From contig JBBQEB010000075.1 of assembly GCA_038320275.1 (NCBI GenBank), forward strand, positions 1 through 17,361: a stretch of 17,361 nucleotides of DNA. Direction: 5' to 3'. The notes under the pieces were generated by a model. That model was not told the DNA's origin, searched no databases, and worked only from the letters and a program-made list of their open reading frames with translations. How positions within the stretch are numbered: the first letter of the stretch is position 1; each line of letters opens with the position of its first letter. The translations under genes and the position numbers were made by a program. Source of the stretch: Myxococcales bacterium (lineage in GTDB: Bacteria > Myxococcota > Myxococcia > Myxococcales > Anaeromyxobacteraceae). Below are positions 17,252-17,361 of the stretch, in pieces.

Positions 17252-17361
17252 GGCTTGCGGAGGACGGCGAGGATGTTCGCTCGGAACCTCGCGAGGGCCG
17301 GCGTCGAATTGACGATTCGCTCGTAGGCGACCAGCGGCAAGAACAGCAGACGCGACGCCAT
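17248..17361 (-). CDS. 3' end of an upstream gene, possibly a SAM-dependent methyltransferase (partial)
   Basis: Open frame MASRLLFLPLVAYERIVNSTPALARFRANILAVLRKP* whose TGA overlaps the wzx GTG (GTGA coupling). The terminal strand ...ILAVLRK resembles class I MTase ends; the product call is weak. Confidence 0.55.
   Translation of the reverse strand: MASRLLFLPLVAYERIVNSTPALARFRANILAVLRKP

Overview
High-GC window whose gene content and codon style suggest Myxococcota/Anaeromyxobacter (taxonomy is inference only). It is part of a Wzx/Wzy-dependent, group-1-like capsule/exopolysaccharide region. From left to right: a truncated GT2-methyltransferase fusion (-), wzi (+), gmd (-), rmlC (+), a decayed toxin-antitoxin remnant, fcl (-), and wzb-wza (+). 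Next come a ~460 bp regulatory region with a sigma54-type promoter, a ~1260 aa secreted multicopper oxidase with six C-terminal FG-GAP/VCBS repeats (+) and its terminator, and an SGNH-like exported protein (+). A convergent operon of wzy, a GT4 and wzx (-) follows, ending in the 3' tail of another gene at the right edge. Most noteworthy: (1) an independently transcribed OmpB/MofA-like multicopper oxidase-propeller fusion sits where wzc would be expected; (2) the space between rmlC and fcl holds a BrnT-like tail and a triply inactivated antitoxin, and fcl seems to have captured a second antitoxin tail as its C-terminus. Family calls come from motifs read by eye; no searches were run.
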